Source of the DNA: a virus
Taxonomy: Duplodnaviria > Heunggongvirae > Uroviricota > Caudoviricetes
Direction: 5' to 3' (one strand)
Length of the DNA: 43,639 bases
IMG/VR virus record: IMGVR_UViG_2617270952_000006
The notes under the pieces were generated by a model that made no database searches, was not told the DNA's origin, and saw only the letters and a list, made by a program, of their open reading frames with translations. Position 1 is the stretch's first letter. Every line of letters begins with the position of its first letter. Positions 36,563 to 43,639 of the stretch are shown one piece after another. The position numbers and the translations under genes were made by a program.

Positions 36563-36889
36563 ATGGATGCACAAACACGCCGCCGCGAACGTCGCGCAGA
36601 GAAACAGGCTCAATGGAAAGCAGCAAATCCCCTGTTGGTTGGGGTAAGCGCAAAACCAGTTAACCGCCCTATTCTCTCGCTGAATCGCAAACCGAAATCA
36701 CGAGTAGAAAGCGCACTGAATCCGATAGACCTTACAGTGCTGGCTGAATACCACGAACAGATTGAAAGCAACCTGCAACGTATTGAGCGCAAGAATCAGC
36801 GCACATGGTACAGCAAGCCACGCAGTGAAATGGGTGTAACTTGTGTTGGTCGCCAGAAAATGAAATTAGGCAGTAAACCACTTATTTGA
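36563..36889 (+). CDS. N: Antiterminator N (lambda type)
   Basis: MDAQTRRRERRAEKQAQWKAANPLLVGVSAKPVNRPILSLNRKPKSRVESALNPIDLTVLAEYH... matches lambda N (arginine-rich motif). Confidence 0.95.
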   Translation: MDAQTRRRERRAEKQAQWKAANPLLVGVSAKPVNRPILSLNRKPKSRVESALNPIDLTVLAEYHEQIESNLQRIERKNQRTWYSKPRSEMGVTCVGRQKMKLGSKPLI

Positions 36890-36897
36890 GGTGAGAT

Positions 36898-37221
36898 ATG
36901 GAAGCATTAGTAGTAGAGCGAAGCGAGGATGGCTACTGGACGCACCCAGAATACGCCAACCTGTTTGGGGATAGAGAGGTAATTTCAGCTGATGAGTTCA
37001 GATCTTTCTGCAAGCAGCATGGCATTGAATCATCAATTGTTGAAATGGAAAACGACAACAATCAAACGGTAATTGACGCGTATTTTGAAGATGGGAATCA
37101 AAACATCAGTGGATGGGAGCCAAGCATGCCAGATGGAGAAGGATGGTTTGTCGGTTCGATTCACGATACAGAAGACGGTCCGATCTGCGTTTGGTTCAGG
37201 AATGTAGATAAGGCCGAATAG
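36898..37221 (+). CDS. Very acidic 107-aa early protein of unknown function
   Basis: ORF 8 nt after N; hand count 24 Asp/Glu versus 6 Lys/Arg, 5 Trp; stop lies inside a terminator loop. Confidence 0.65.
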   Translation: MEALVVERSEDGYWTHPEYANLFGDREVISADEFRSFCKQHGIESSIVEMENDNNQTVIDAYFEDGNQNISGWEPSMPDGEGWFVGSIHDTEDGPICVWFRNVDKAE

Positions 37222-37236
37222 TCGGCCTTTATTTTT
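37211..37236 (+). terminator. Intrinsic terminator (tL-like) after the acidic ORF
   Basis: aggccga-atag-tcggcct followed by ttatttttgg. Confidence 0.75.
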
Positions 37237-37354
37237 GGCATAAACAACAGAATAAACACTGCACTGTGTATTCATTCCAACGAGTGAATACACGGAGCAA
37301 TGTCGCTCGTAACTAAACAGGAGCCGACTTGTTCTGATTATTGGAAATCTTCTT

Positions 37355-37381
37355 TGCCCTCCAATGTGAGGGCATTTTTTT
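37355..37381 (+). terminator. Second intrinsic terminator in the PL operon
   Basis: tgccctc-caatgt-gagggca followed by ttttttt. Confidence 0.75.
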
Positions 37382-37393
37382 GATGGAGGATAT

Positions 37394-38362
37394 ATGAGTG
37401 AAGTAACAGATTTAGTTGTTATTGAAAAAGCAAATGCAATGACTGTATTTCAGTCTGCCGACCAGATTGAAGAAATCCTTCAAAAGGTTGAACGTGAAGT
37501 TATGTCCTTTGTGCCTGATATCACAACGGCAAAGGGCAGAAAGGAGATCGCTTCTCTGGCGTATAAAGTTGCGCAGACGAAAACATATCTCGATGGTCTT
37601 GGCAAAGACCTTGTTGCTGAACTGAAGGAAATTCCAAAGCTAATTGATGCTAACCGCAAGACAGTGCGTGATCGCCTTGATGAGCTGAAAGCCAAGGCGC
37701 GCCAGCCTCTTACTGATTATGAGGAAGAACAGGCGCGGATTAAAGCCGAAGAAGAAGCTAAGGCAGCAGCTGAAGCTCTCGCAAAGCAAATTGAGTCTGA
37801 CCATGAAATAGCTATTTTGATGGATCGCGAATTTGACCGCCAAAGAGAAGAGGCAAGACTCAAAGCGGAGCAGGAAAAGCGAGAGCATGAAGAACGATTA
37901 AAAAGAGAAGCTGAAGAGAAAGCCAGAGCAGAAGCCGAAGCAAAGGCAAAAGCCGAAATTGAAGCAGCAGCAAGGCGAGAAGCAGAAGCTAAGGCCGCAG
38001 CGGAACGTGCAGAGCGTGAACGCATTGAAGCCGAGCAACGAGCACAGCGCGAAGCAAAAGAGGCAGCAGAACGAGCTGAAAGAGAAAAGCAGGCAGCAAT
38101 TGAAGCAGAACGCAGAAAAGCACAGGAGGAGGCTGAACGAATCCGTCGCGAGGCTGAAGCAAAAGAGCAAGCCAGAATAGCAGAAGAAAAAAGAATCAAG
38201 GACGAAGAAGAGCGTAGAGCAAAGGATAAAGCTCACCGGAAAGAAGTAAATAACAAAATACTTGCTGACCTTATCAAGGTTGGCGCATCAGAAGATGTTG
38301 CTAAAAATATCATAACAGCCATCGTAAAAGGCGAAGTATTCGCAACAAAAATAACCTACTAA
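37394..38362 (+). CDS. 322-aa coiled-coil protein with E/A/K/R-rich (TolA-like) centre; N terminus reminiscent of DUF1351
   Basis: SD ggagg before the ATG; globular ends flank about 170 aa of AEAEAKAKAE/REAE low-complexity helix. Confidence 0.6.
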   Translation: MSEVTDLVVIEKANAMTVFQSADQIEEILQKVEREVMSFVPDITTAKGRKEIASLAYKVAQTKTYLDGLGKDLVAELKEIPKLIDANRKTVRDRLDELKAKARQPLTDYEEEQARIKAEEEAKAAAEALAKQIESDHEIAILMDREFDRQREEARLKAEQEKREHEERLKREAEEKARAEAEAKAKAEIEAAARREAEAKAAAERAERERIEAEQRAQREAKEAAERAEREKQAAIEAERRKAQEEAERIRREAEAKEQARIAEEKRIKDEEERRAKDKAHRKEVNNKILADLIKVGASEDVAKNIITAIVKGEVFATKITY

Positions 38363-38386
38363 TAAAACCAACATAAGGAACCACCC

Positions 38387-38518
38387 ATGATTTACGCAAT
38401 CGCGGGAGGCGCTCGCATGGGTGCCTTCCAACTAAATGAATCTTTACTTGAACGAATCACCCGTAAATTGCGTGACGGATGGAAAAGAGTTGAGGTCTTA
38501 TTATGCGCAATGAAATAG
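38387..38518 (+). CDS. cIII: CIII-like FtsH inhibitor (43 aa; below the ORF-track cutoff)
   Basis: Hand translation MIYAIAGGARMGAFQLNESLLERITRKLRDGWKRVEVLLCAMK; ESLLERITRKLRDGWKR is the conserved lambda CIII helix. Confidence 0.8.
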   Translation: MIYAIAGGARMGAFQLNESLLERITRKLRDGWKRVEVLLCAMK

Positions 38519-38655
38519 CCATCAATCACCAGATGCTTCGTGCAGCACAAAACAAAGCAGTAATAGCCAGATTTATTGGTGATTCAAAAATGTGGCTTGA
38601 AGCAAATAAAGCGATGAAATCAGCTATCAACCTTCCGTGGTATCGCAGGAAATGA
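38503..38655 (+). CDS. kil: Kil-like protein (50 aa)
   Basis: MRNEIAINHQMLRAAQNKAVIARFIGDSKMWLEANKAMKSAINLPWYRRK; IARFIGDSKMWLEA resembles lambda Kil ATFIGDEKMFREA; c3-kil order as in P22. Confidence 0.6.
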   Translation: MRNEIAINHQMLRAAQNKAVIARFIGDSKMWLEANKAMKSAINLPWYRRK

Positions 38656-38730
38656 GTTTTACAGATAACTGGTCAGACGAAGAATTCATTCGTCAGATGA
38701 AAGAATTAATCGGTAACGAAGGAGATATTC

Positions 38731-38901
38731 ATGTCACTTGCAACCACAGTGAAGGAGAGCAAGTTACAGAGACGCATGTACACGCAGCAGGCGTTAATGT
38801 ATCGCCAGAAGGGAGATCGTGAAGGTGTTCGCGTATTTTTAAATGCGGCAAAGACTGAAGTATTAAATCAGCGTTATTTCCTTGGGCCATGTCCATTCTG
38901 A
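38731..38901 (+). CDS. Small 56-aa ORF at the P22 arf position
   Basis: Strong SD aaggag 6 nt before ATG 38731; MSLATTVKESKLQRRMYTQQALMYRQKGDREGVRVFLNAAKTEVLNQRYFLGPCPF. Competes with the overlapping ORF 38652-38822. Confidence 0.4.
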   Translation: MSLATTVKESKLQRRMYTQQALMYRQKGDREGVRVFLNAAKTEVLNQRYFLGPCPF

Positions 38902-38911
38902 GAACAATCAT

Positions 38912-39517
38912 ATGAGCAAAGAATTTTACGCAAGACTGGCAGCTATTCAGGAGAATCTGAACGCGCCAAAGAATCAGTACAACTCATTCGGCAAATATAA
39001 ATACAGAAGCTGCGAAGACATTCTTGAAAGCGTTAAGCCGTTACTGAATGGCCTGTTTTTATCAATCAGCGATGAAGTTGTGTTGATTGGTGATCGGTAT
39101 TACGTGAAAGCCACGGCAACTATTACCGATGGCGAAAACAGTCATACGGCAACCGCTCTTGCACGAGAGGAAGAAAGCAAGAAAGGAATGGATTCTGCAC
39201 AAGTTACGGGAGCTACAAGCTCTTATGCACGCAAGTATTGCCTCAATGGTTTATTCGGCATTGATGATGCGAAAGATGCAGATACCGACGAGCATAAACA
39301 TCAGCAGAACGCAGCAGCAAAGCAATCAAAACCATCACCTACGCCTGAACAGGTTCTAAAAGCATTCACTGACGCAGCAATGCAGAAAAACACCGTGGAA
39401 GAGCTTAAACAGGCGTTCGCCAAAGCGTGGAAGATGCTCGAAGGCACACCGGAGCAGCACAAAGCGCAGGACGTTTACAACATCAGACGAGACGAATTAG
39501 AAGGGGCAACTGCTTAA
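38912..39517 (+). CDS. erf: Erf single-strand annealing recombinase
   Basis: MSKEFYARLAAIQENLNAPKNQYNSFGKYKYRSCEDILESVKPLLNGLFLSISDEVVLIGDRYYVKATATITDGENSH matches P22 Erf. Confidence 0.93.
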   Translation: MSKEFYARLAAIQENLNAPKNQYNSFGKYKYRSCEDILESVKPLLNGLFLSISDEVVLIGDRYYVKATATITDGENSHTATALAREEESKKGMDSAQVTGATSSYARKYCLNGLFGIDDAKDADTDEHKHQQNAAAKQSKPSPTPEQVLKAFTDAAMQKNTVEELKQAFAKAWKMLEGTPEQHKAQDVYNIRRDELEGATA

Positions 39518-39900
39518 TGGCACATTCGATTACAGTAAGACTAAACAAGCCCGCAAGAGAGTTTCAGGCCGGGGAAAATATCGGATTCAACATCCGTGCT
39601 GGCGTTCAGTATTACGATCGCCAGACAAAAAAGAAAGAATGGACAAACTACAGCGCCGTTGTATTTGCCAAGCCGGGAGCGCAAGCGGATTACTACCGTA
39701 GTGTTCTTGTTGAAGGTGGCATTGTGGAAATTACCGGAGAAAACATCAGGGTAGATGTTTATCAGGGGCAAAATGGTCAATCAATCACTCTTGAATTACT
39801 GAATGCAAAGATTGGATTTGCAACTTCAGGAAACAGCCAACAGCAGCAAAGTAGCAATCATCAAAATCATCCTGAATACGACGATTCAATCCCCTTCTAG
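39517..39900 (+). CDS. Short phage SSB-like protein with acidic tip
   Basis: 127 aa, start overlaps the erf stop (TAATG); Q-rich linker and C-terminal EYDDSIPF resembling the SSB DDDIPF tail. Confidence 0.7.
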   Translation: MAHSITVRLNKPAREFQAGENIGFNIRAGVQYYDRQTKKKEWTNYSAVVFAKPGAQADYYRSVLVEGGIVEITGENIRVDVYQGQNGQSITLELLNAKIGFATSGNSQQQQSSNHQNHPEYDDSIPF

Positions 39901-39923
39901 ATTAGCAAAATAAGGATTCCATT

Positions 39924-40217
39924 ATGCCAGCGCCTCTGTATGGTGCGGATGACCCGCGCCGCTGTTCCGGCAATTCCGTATCGGAGGTGCTGGATAAATT
40001 CAGAAAAAACTACGATCGGATAATGTCGCTACCGCAGGAAACGAAAGAGGAAAAGGAATTTCGCCACTGCATATGGCTTGCAGAGAAAGAAGAGCGCGAG
40101 CGAATTTACCAGACATCAATCCGACCATTCCGCAAAGCCACATATACCCACTTCCCTGAAATTGACCCGCGCCTGCGTAATTACCGCTCACGTTATGGCG
40201 CTATCAGTAATGACTGA
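39924..40217 (+). CDS. 97-aa protein, probable Abc2-type anti-RecBCD protein
   Basis: Size and position downstream of erf as P22 abc2; assignment from memory of length and context only. Confidence 0.45.
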   Translation: MPAPLYGADDPRRCSGNSVSEVLDKFRKNYDRIMSLPQETKEEKEFRHCIWLAEKEERERIYQTSIRPFRKATYTHFPEIDPRLRNYRSRYGAISND

Positions 40218-40227
40218 GGAATTTACC

Positions 40228-40395
40228 ATGAGAGGACTTGCATACAATCCCGGCATTCTTCCGGCAGAAATGATTATTCGCCAACGCGTAAAGCCAATGC
40301 CATCGAGAGAGGAATTGCTTAAGAGAAATTCTTTTCCATCAGTGAATCAAAACAAATATCTGAATGCGATGTGGCGCAAAGGAGGCAACCAGTGA
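40228..40395 (+). CDS. Small 55-aa hypothetical protein
   Basis: SD gagga before the ATG; stop overlaps the GTG start of the next gene (GTGA). Confidence 0.45.
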   Translation: MRGLAYNPGILPAEMIIRQRVKPMPSREELLKRNSFPSVNQNKYLNAMWRKGGNQ

Positions 40396-41054
40396 GCAAG
40401 ATTAACTATCAGGCACTACGTGATGCGGCAGAAAAGGCAACACAGGGTGAATGGGTCGCATTTATTTCGCCGGGCAAATACGGCACGTACGCCGTACACA
40501 CACCAGGTGATAATCATCACGGAGATATTGTCGACTGGCCAGGATTCGACGAACAGAAAAACGCAGAGAACAACGCTCGTTATATCGCAGCTTTCAACCC
40601 TGAAGTAGTGCAGGCGCTGCTGGATGAACGGGAAAGAAACCAGCAATACATCAAATCACGCGACAAGGAGAACGAGGAAATTGCGCTAACGGTAGGGAAG
40701 CTGCGTGTTGAGCTGGAAGCCGCAGAGAAGCGCAACGCAAAATTACAAAGCGAGAATGCATACATCCGCAACCGGTTCAAAGAACTGGACCTGTTAATCG
40801 GGAAAAACATTCTGGTCATGCAGGCTGCCATTATCGAATGGCAGGCAACTGGCGACGCTAAGAGCGGACTGGCATGGATTTATAACACACTGTTTGGCCC
40901 TGGCGAATTACCGGACGAATCTGAGAAAGATGCTCAGGCCTACTTTAATCGCAAATATGCACCGATTGACGAAAAGCTTATGGAGCTTCACAAGTGGTTT
41001 TGGGAACAAAGTGAAGCCGAGCGCGCTGCTGGTATTCGCATCAAAGGAGAGTGA
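40392..41054 (+). CDS. Ead/Ea22-like protein
   Basis: [21 protein letters not shown]...[19 protein letters not shown], typical Ea22-like N domain plus coiled coil; GTG start with SD ggagg. Confidence 0.75.
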   Translation: MSKINYQALRDAAEKATQGEWVAFISPGKYGTYAVHTPGDNHHGDIVDWPGFDEQKNAENNARYIAAFNPEVVQALLDERERNQQYIKSRDKENEEIALTVGKLRVELEAAEKRNAKLQSENAYIRNRFKELDLLIGKNILVMQAAIIEWQATGDAKSGLAWIYNTLFGPGELPDESEKDAQAYFNRKYAPIDEKLMELHKWFWEQSEAERAAGIRIKGE

Positions 41055-41055
41055 T

Positions 41056-41622
41056 ATGAGCGCTATAACCAAAGAACGTATCGAATTATTCATTAAAAAT
41101 CCGCTTGATAACGGACTTACCCGTGGCGAACAAATGGAACTGGCACGAATTGCACTGGCATCACTGGCAGCAGTATCGGATGAACGAGCAGCCTATGAAT
41201 TATTTATGGAGAAGCGTTTCGGGGAATCTGTAGATCGCCGCAGGGCGAAAAATGGCGATAGAGAATACATGGCATGGGATATGGCGCTTGGCTGGATTAT
41301 CTGGTGTCACCGCGCCGCCATGCTTCAGACTGGAAACTTTCGGGAAAATAAGGATTCGTCAACCAATAATTTTCGGGAAACCTCGGAAACGTCAACCAAC
41401 TCTCCGGTAACTCCGGATAGTTGGATAAGCTGTAGTGAGCGGATGCCAGAGGACGGTCAGCACGTAATTATTTTATGTGATGGCGCATTCGTTCTTTATG
41501 CGCAATATCGAGACGGTGAGTTTTTTGATGTCGTCCGCAATGGTGAGGAGTTCTTCGAAACGCAGAGCCGCAATGTAACCGACTGGATGCCTCTACCAGA
41601 ACCGCCGCAGGAGGTGAAGTGA
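41056..41622 (+). CDS. DUF551-domain protein
   Basis: C-terminal WISCSERMPEDGQHVII...VTDWMPLPEPP is the DUF551 signature; SD aaggag. Confidence 0.7.
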   Translation: MSAITKERIELFIKNPLDNGLTRGEQMELARIALASLAAVSDERAAYELFMEKRFGESVDRRRAKNGDREYMAWDMALGWIIWCHRAAMLQTGNFRENKDSSTNNFRETSETSTNSPVTPDSWISCSERMPEDGQHVIILCDGAFVLYAQYRDGEFFDVVRNGEEFFETQSRNVTDWMPLPEPPQEVK

Positions 41623-41900
41623 TGGACTCCTTCGCGAAATATACGATCATTGACTGGATAGCATTCCTTCAGGTTTTGCTCATCTGGTTTTATATGGCTT
41701 ACAGGAGTGGGCAGTGGATTGTCAACATGGCCTGTAGCAGGGGATGGCGTTGGTGGAACCGAAAGAATAAAAAAGCACTGGCATTGGATTCGTTTTACGA
41801 AGCATTCAATCTTAACAGCCTTCAGCCTGGTTCTGTCATTGTAGTCACCACTCAAAGCGGCATGACCATTCAGATTCATAAACCAAAAGAGGAAAAATGA
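41622..41900 (+). CDS. 92-aa hypothetical membrane protein
   Basis: One hydrophobic, Trp-rich helix (IIDWIAFLQVLLIWFYMAY); start coupled to the upstream stop. Confidence 0.5.
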   Translation: MDSFAKYTIIDWIAFLQVLLIWFYMAYRSGQWIVNMACSRGWRWWNRKNKKALALDSFYEAFNLNSLQPGSVIVVTTQSGMTIQIHKPKEEK

Positions 41901-41986
41901 TGTGGCCTATATGTGTTAATTGCGGACGGATGTGCCTATCTGGATGGTGCCGAAAGTGCGACAAATGCACGAAGCAAAGACAATAA
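41897..41986 (+). CDS. 29-aa Cys-rich micro-ORF
   Basis: MMWPICVNCGRMCLSGWCRKCDKCTKQRQ, 6 Cys in CxxC-type spacing; ATGA overlap with the upstream gene; followed by a terminator. Confidence 0.35.
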   Translation: MMWPICVNCGRMCLSGWCRKCDKCTKQRQ

Positions 41987-41987
41987 C

Positions 41988-42016
41988 AATCCTCGCACTC
42001 GCGGGGATTTCTTTTA
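41988..42016 (+). terminator. Intrinsic terminator
   Basis: aatcctcgc-actc-gcggggatt followed by tctttta. Confidence 0.6.
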
Positions 42017-42028
42017 TATGGGGATAAT

Positions 42029-42829
42029 ATGACCATCCACTTTCACGGCAGCCCAATATGGGGTGATGAGCATGCCCCTACAGATATGCTGATTAAAGCC
42101 CTTTACCGTGATGGTGGGGCTTTTGTTTCATTTGCCAGACCAGAGCAGATGAAAAAGATTGCCATGTTCCCTTGTGATATACGCCTTGATAACGGTGCTT
42201 TTAGCGACTGGATGAAAGCATTAAAGAAAGGCACTCCGGTAGACTGGAGTAAGAGACGAGCAAAATTCTACGACTTTGTTGGGACGTGGTTCAGCAGAAT
42301 TGAATGGTTTCTTATACCTGACGTTATCGAAGGGACAGAGGCAGAAAACGACGAGCAGATTGAGTTGGTTCCTGATTGGCTAAAATCAAAAGCGGTTCCG
42401 GTCTGGCATACCGACGAATCAATTGAACGTCTTTTACGCCTTTCTGGCAAATTTGAATGGGTGGCGATTGGATGCTGCGGCCCACACAGGCACATACGCT
42501 CTAAATGGTGGGAACAGAGAATGGATGAAGTTTTTACTGAGATTTATATCAATCGTAATTTGAAAGTGAAAATTCATGGTCTTCGAATGCTCGACGTGAG
42601 AGTTCTTGGTATGTATCCGTTCGCCAGTGCGGATTCTACTAATGTTGCTGTTAACGTACCGAAGACAGAGAAGCGATTTCCTGAGATTACCGACAAACTG
42701 GCACGTACAGCTGTACTTCGCGCAGCTATTGAAAAGGTGCACCCACCATCGATATCAGCATGGGTAGACAGAAAGAGGAGAGAGCCGGCGCAAGCCGGTT
42801 TTTTATTTGAATTCACCGACGCCGCTTAA
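42029..42829 (+). CDS. Divergent TGT-superfamily / DpdA-like transglycosylase (candidate 7-deazaguanine DNA modification enzyme)
   Basis: 266 aa with collinear TGT-barrel motifs: IRLDNGAF (D54), FLIPDVIEG (D98), VPVWH, VAIGCCG, KIHGLRML, FASADST (D202). No Zn subdomain. Confidence 0.5.
   Translation: MTIHFHGSPIWGDEHAPTDMLIKALYRDGGAFVSFARPEQMKKIAMFPCDIRLDNGAFSDWMKALKKGTPVDWSKRRAKFYDFVGTWFSRIEWFLIPDVIEGTEAENDEQIELVPDWLKSKAVPVWHTDESIERLLRLSGKFEWVAIGCCGPHRHIRSKWWEQRMDEVFTEIYINRNLKVKIHGLRMLDVRVLGMYPFASADSTNVAVNVPKTEKRFPEITDKLARTAVLRAAIEKVHPPSISAWVDRKRREPAQAGFLFEFTDAA
42784..42808 (+). terminator. Intrinsic terminator overlapping the last codons of the DpdA-like gene
   Basis: gccggc-gcaa-gccggt followed by tttttattt. 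Confidence 0.55.
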
Positions 42830-42886
42830 TGCGGATTTCTTTTATCTGAACTCGCTACGGCGGGTTTTGTTTTATGGAGATGATAA

Positions 42887-43054
42887 ATGCACTTCCGAGT
42901 CACAGGTGAATGGAATGGAGAGCCATTCAACAGGGTTATCGAAGCAGAGGACATCAACGACTGCTATAACCACTGGATGATATGGGCGCAGATAGCGCAT
43001 GCAGACGTAACCAATATTCGAATTGAAGAACTGAAAGAACACCAAGACGCCTGA
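42887..43054 (+). CDS. Small 55-aa hypothetical protein
   Basis: SD ggag; MHFRVTGEWNGEPFNRVIEAEDINDCYNHWMIWAQIAHADVTNIRIEELKEHQDA; below the ORF-track cutoff. Confidence 0.5.
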   Translation: MHFRVTGEWNGEPFNRVIEAEDINDCYNHWMIWAQIAHADVTNIRIEELKEHQDA

Positions 43055-43078
43055 TGGCGGTTTTTTTGGGGGTAGTAG

Positions 43079-43294
43079 ATGGCTGCAATTCACATTGTAT
43101 CAATAACATGCAATGCAATTCAGATAGTTGCTTGCATTATCTTTGTTTTCTCAATCCTTCGCTCCCGACGATATTCTCCAGCAATTAACCGACATCCTGC
43201 ACAAGTTGAAGCCGTCAGGATGGCTATAGAGCTACGAAATGAGATGAATAAGGCATTAATGGAGATGGAGAAACCATTCACTGACAAACATTAA
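43079..43294 (+). CDS. 71-aa hypothetical protein with N-terminal TM helix
   Basis: G-rich SD 6 nt upstream; IVSITCNAIQIVACIIFVFSIL hydrophobic segment. Confidence 0.45.
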   Translation: MAAIHIVSITCNAIQIVACIIFVFSILRSRRYSPAINRHPAQVEAVRMAIELRNEMNKALMEMEKPFTDKH

Positions 43295-43371
43295 GAGTGG
43301 AAATAAAGAAATCACACCGCCTCACACTCGATGAGGCATTTTCATTTATCAAGATATCCAGACCTACCATC

Positions 43372-43393
43372 GCCGCATCAATGCGGTTTTTTT
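43372..43393 (+). terminator. Terminator-like hairpin upstream of xis
   Basis: ccgc-atcaat-gcgg followed by ttttttt. Confidence 0.45.
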
Positions 43394-43438
43394 ATTGCCT
43401 GATTTGCAGGTTTGATTCCCTATTTGGAGATAGCACTC

Positions 43439-43639
43439 ATGCAACACGAACTACAGCCTGATTCACTGGTTGATTTGAAATTCATCATGGCCGATACTGG
43501 CTTCGGTAAAACCTTCATCTATGACCGGATTAAGTCCGGCGACCTGCCTAAAGCCAAAGTTATCCACGGACGAGCAAGATGGTTATATCGTGACCATTGT
43601 GAATTCAAAAATAAGCTCTTAAGCCGCGCCAATGGGTAA
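43439..43639 (+). CDS. xis: Excisionase / recombination directionality factor, TorI type
   Basis: 66 aa MQHELQPDSLVDLKFIMADTGFGKTFIYDRIKSGDLPKAKVIHGRARWLYRDHCEFKNKLLSRANG recognised as TorI (KplE1/HK620/Sf6 Xis); SD ggaga; stop is the last codon of the window. Confidence 0.9.
   Translation: MQHELQPDSLVDLKFIMADTGFGKTFIYDRIKSGDLPKAKVIHGRARWLYRDHCEFKNKLLSRANG

Larger units (their letters stand above)
3029..43639. mobile_element. P22-like (Sf6/HK620-type) lambdoid prophage integrated at argW; right junction outside the window
   Basis: intS directly after argW, full P22-type virion gene order, lambdoid early genes, torI-type xis at the window end. Confidence 0.95.

Noticed and set aside
37480-38236. 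Several long antisense and alternative-frame ORFs (71-160 aa) inside the 322-aa coiled-coil gene
   Set aside because: They arise because the purine-rich, low-complexity repeat lacks stop codons. Their products are Ser/Ala/Cys/Phe-rich nonsense with no RBS.
40078-40227. Upstream part of the 105-aa ORF overlapping the abc2-like gene
   Set aside because: It overlaps a better-supported gene in another frame. The internal ATG 40228 with SD gives a compact 55-aa ORF.
43412-43438. TTG-initiated extension of the xis ORF
   Set aside because: The SD ggaga is correctly spaced for ATG 43439, giving the 66-aa TorI-length protein.

Overview
Enterobacterial (E. coli/Shigella-type) chromosome carrying a prophage. 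Bases 1-599 are the right part of an IS1 copy that has cut a gene (probably yfdF). These are followed by mlaA (vacJ), yfdC and tRNA-Arg(CCU) argW. From the 3' end of argW to the end of the window (about 40.6 kb) runs an apparently complete P22-like (Sf6/HK620-type) lambdoid prophage; its far junction (attR) lies beyond the window. Prophage order: intS; tailspike; immI (ant, arc, mnt); accessory genes; ejection proteins gp16/gp20/gp7, gp14, tail needle, gp10, gp4, coat, scaffold, portal and terminase. Next come orf80, a gp66-like gene and rha; Rz/Rz1, SAR endolysin and pinholin; then lambda-type PR'/6S/tR' and Q. After that: the nin region (ninH, rusA, ybcO-like, roi-like, ninF, ninX, ninE, dam-like methyltransferase, ninB); DnaB-type helicase and an O-like initiator with iterons; lambda cII and nutR; and a non-lambda cro, operators and hybrid cI. 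The left operon holds PL/nutL and lambda N, then cIII, kil, erf, ssb and abc2-like, then the ea region and a torI-type xis. The virion module is Sf6-like while much of the regulatory circuitry matches lambda as I remember it. Main second-look items: (1) a free ClpX zinc-finger-domain homologue and an N-terminally shortened ClpP paralogue on either side of the Arc/Mnt switch, in a phage whose initiator carries a lambda-O-type ClpX degron. (2) Two free-standing HNH homing endonuclease genes sit in the extreme 5' ends of gp10 and the tailspike gene; each leaves an orphaned original start behind (a recoded 93-bp duplicate for gp10). (3) A solitary divergent DpdA/TGT-like transglycosylase lies next to xis. 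(4) A very acidic early protein sits right after N. All calls come from reading the sequence and from memory of the protein families; no database search was run.
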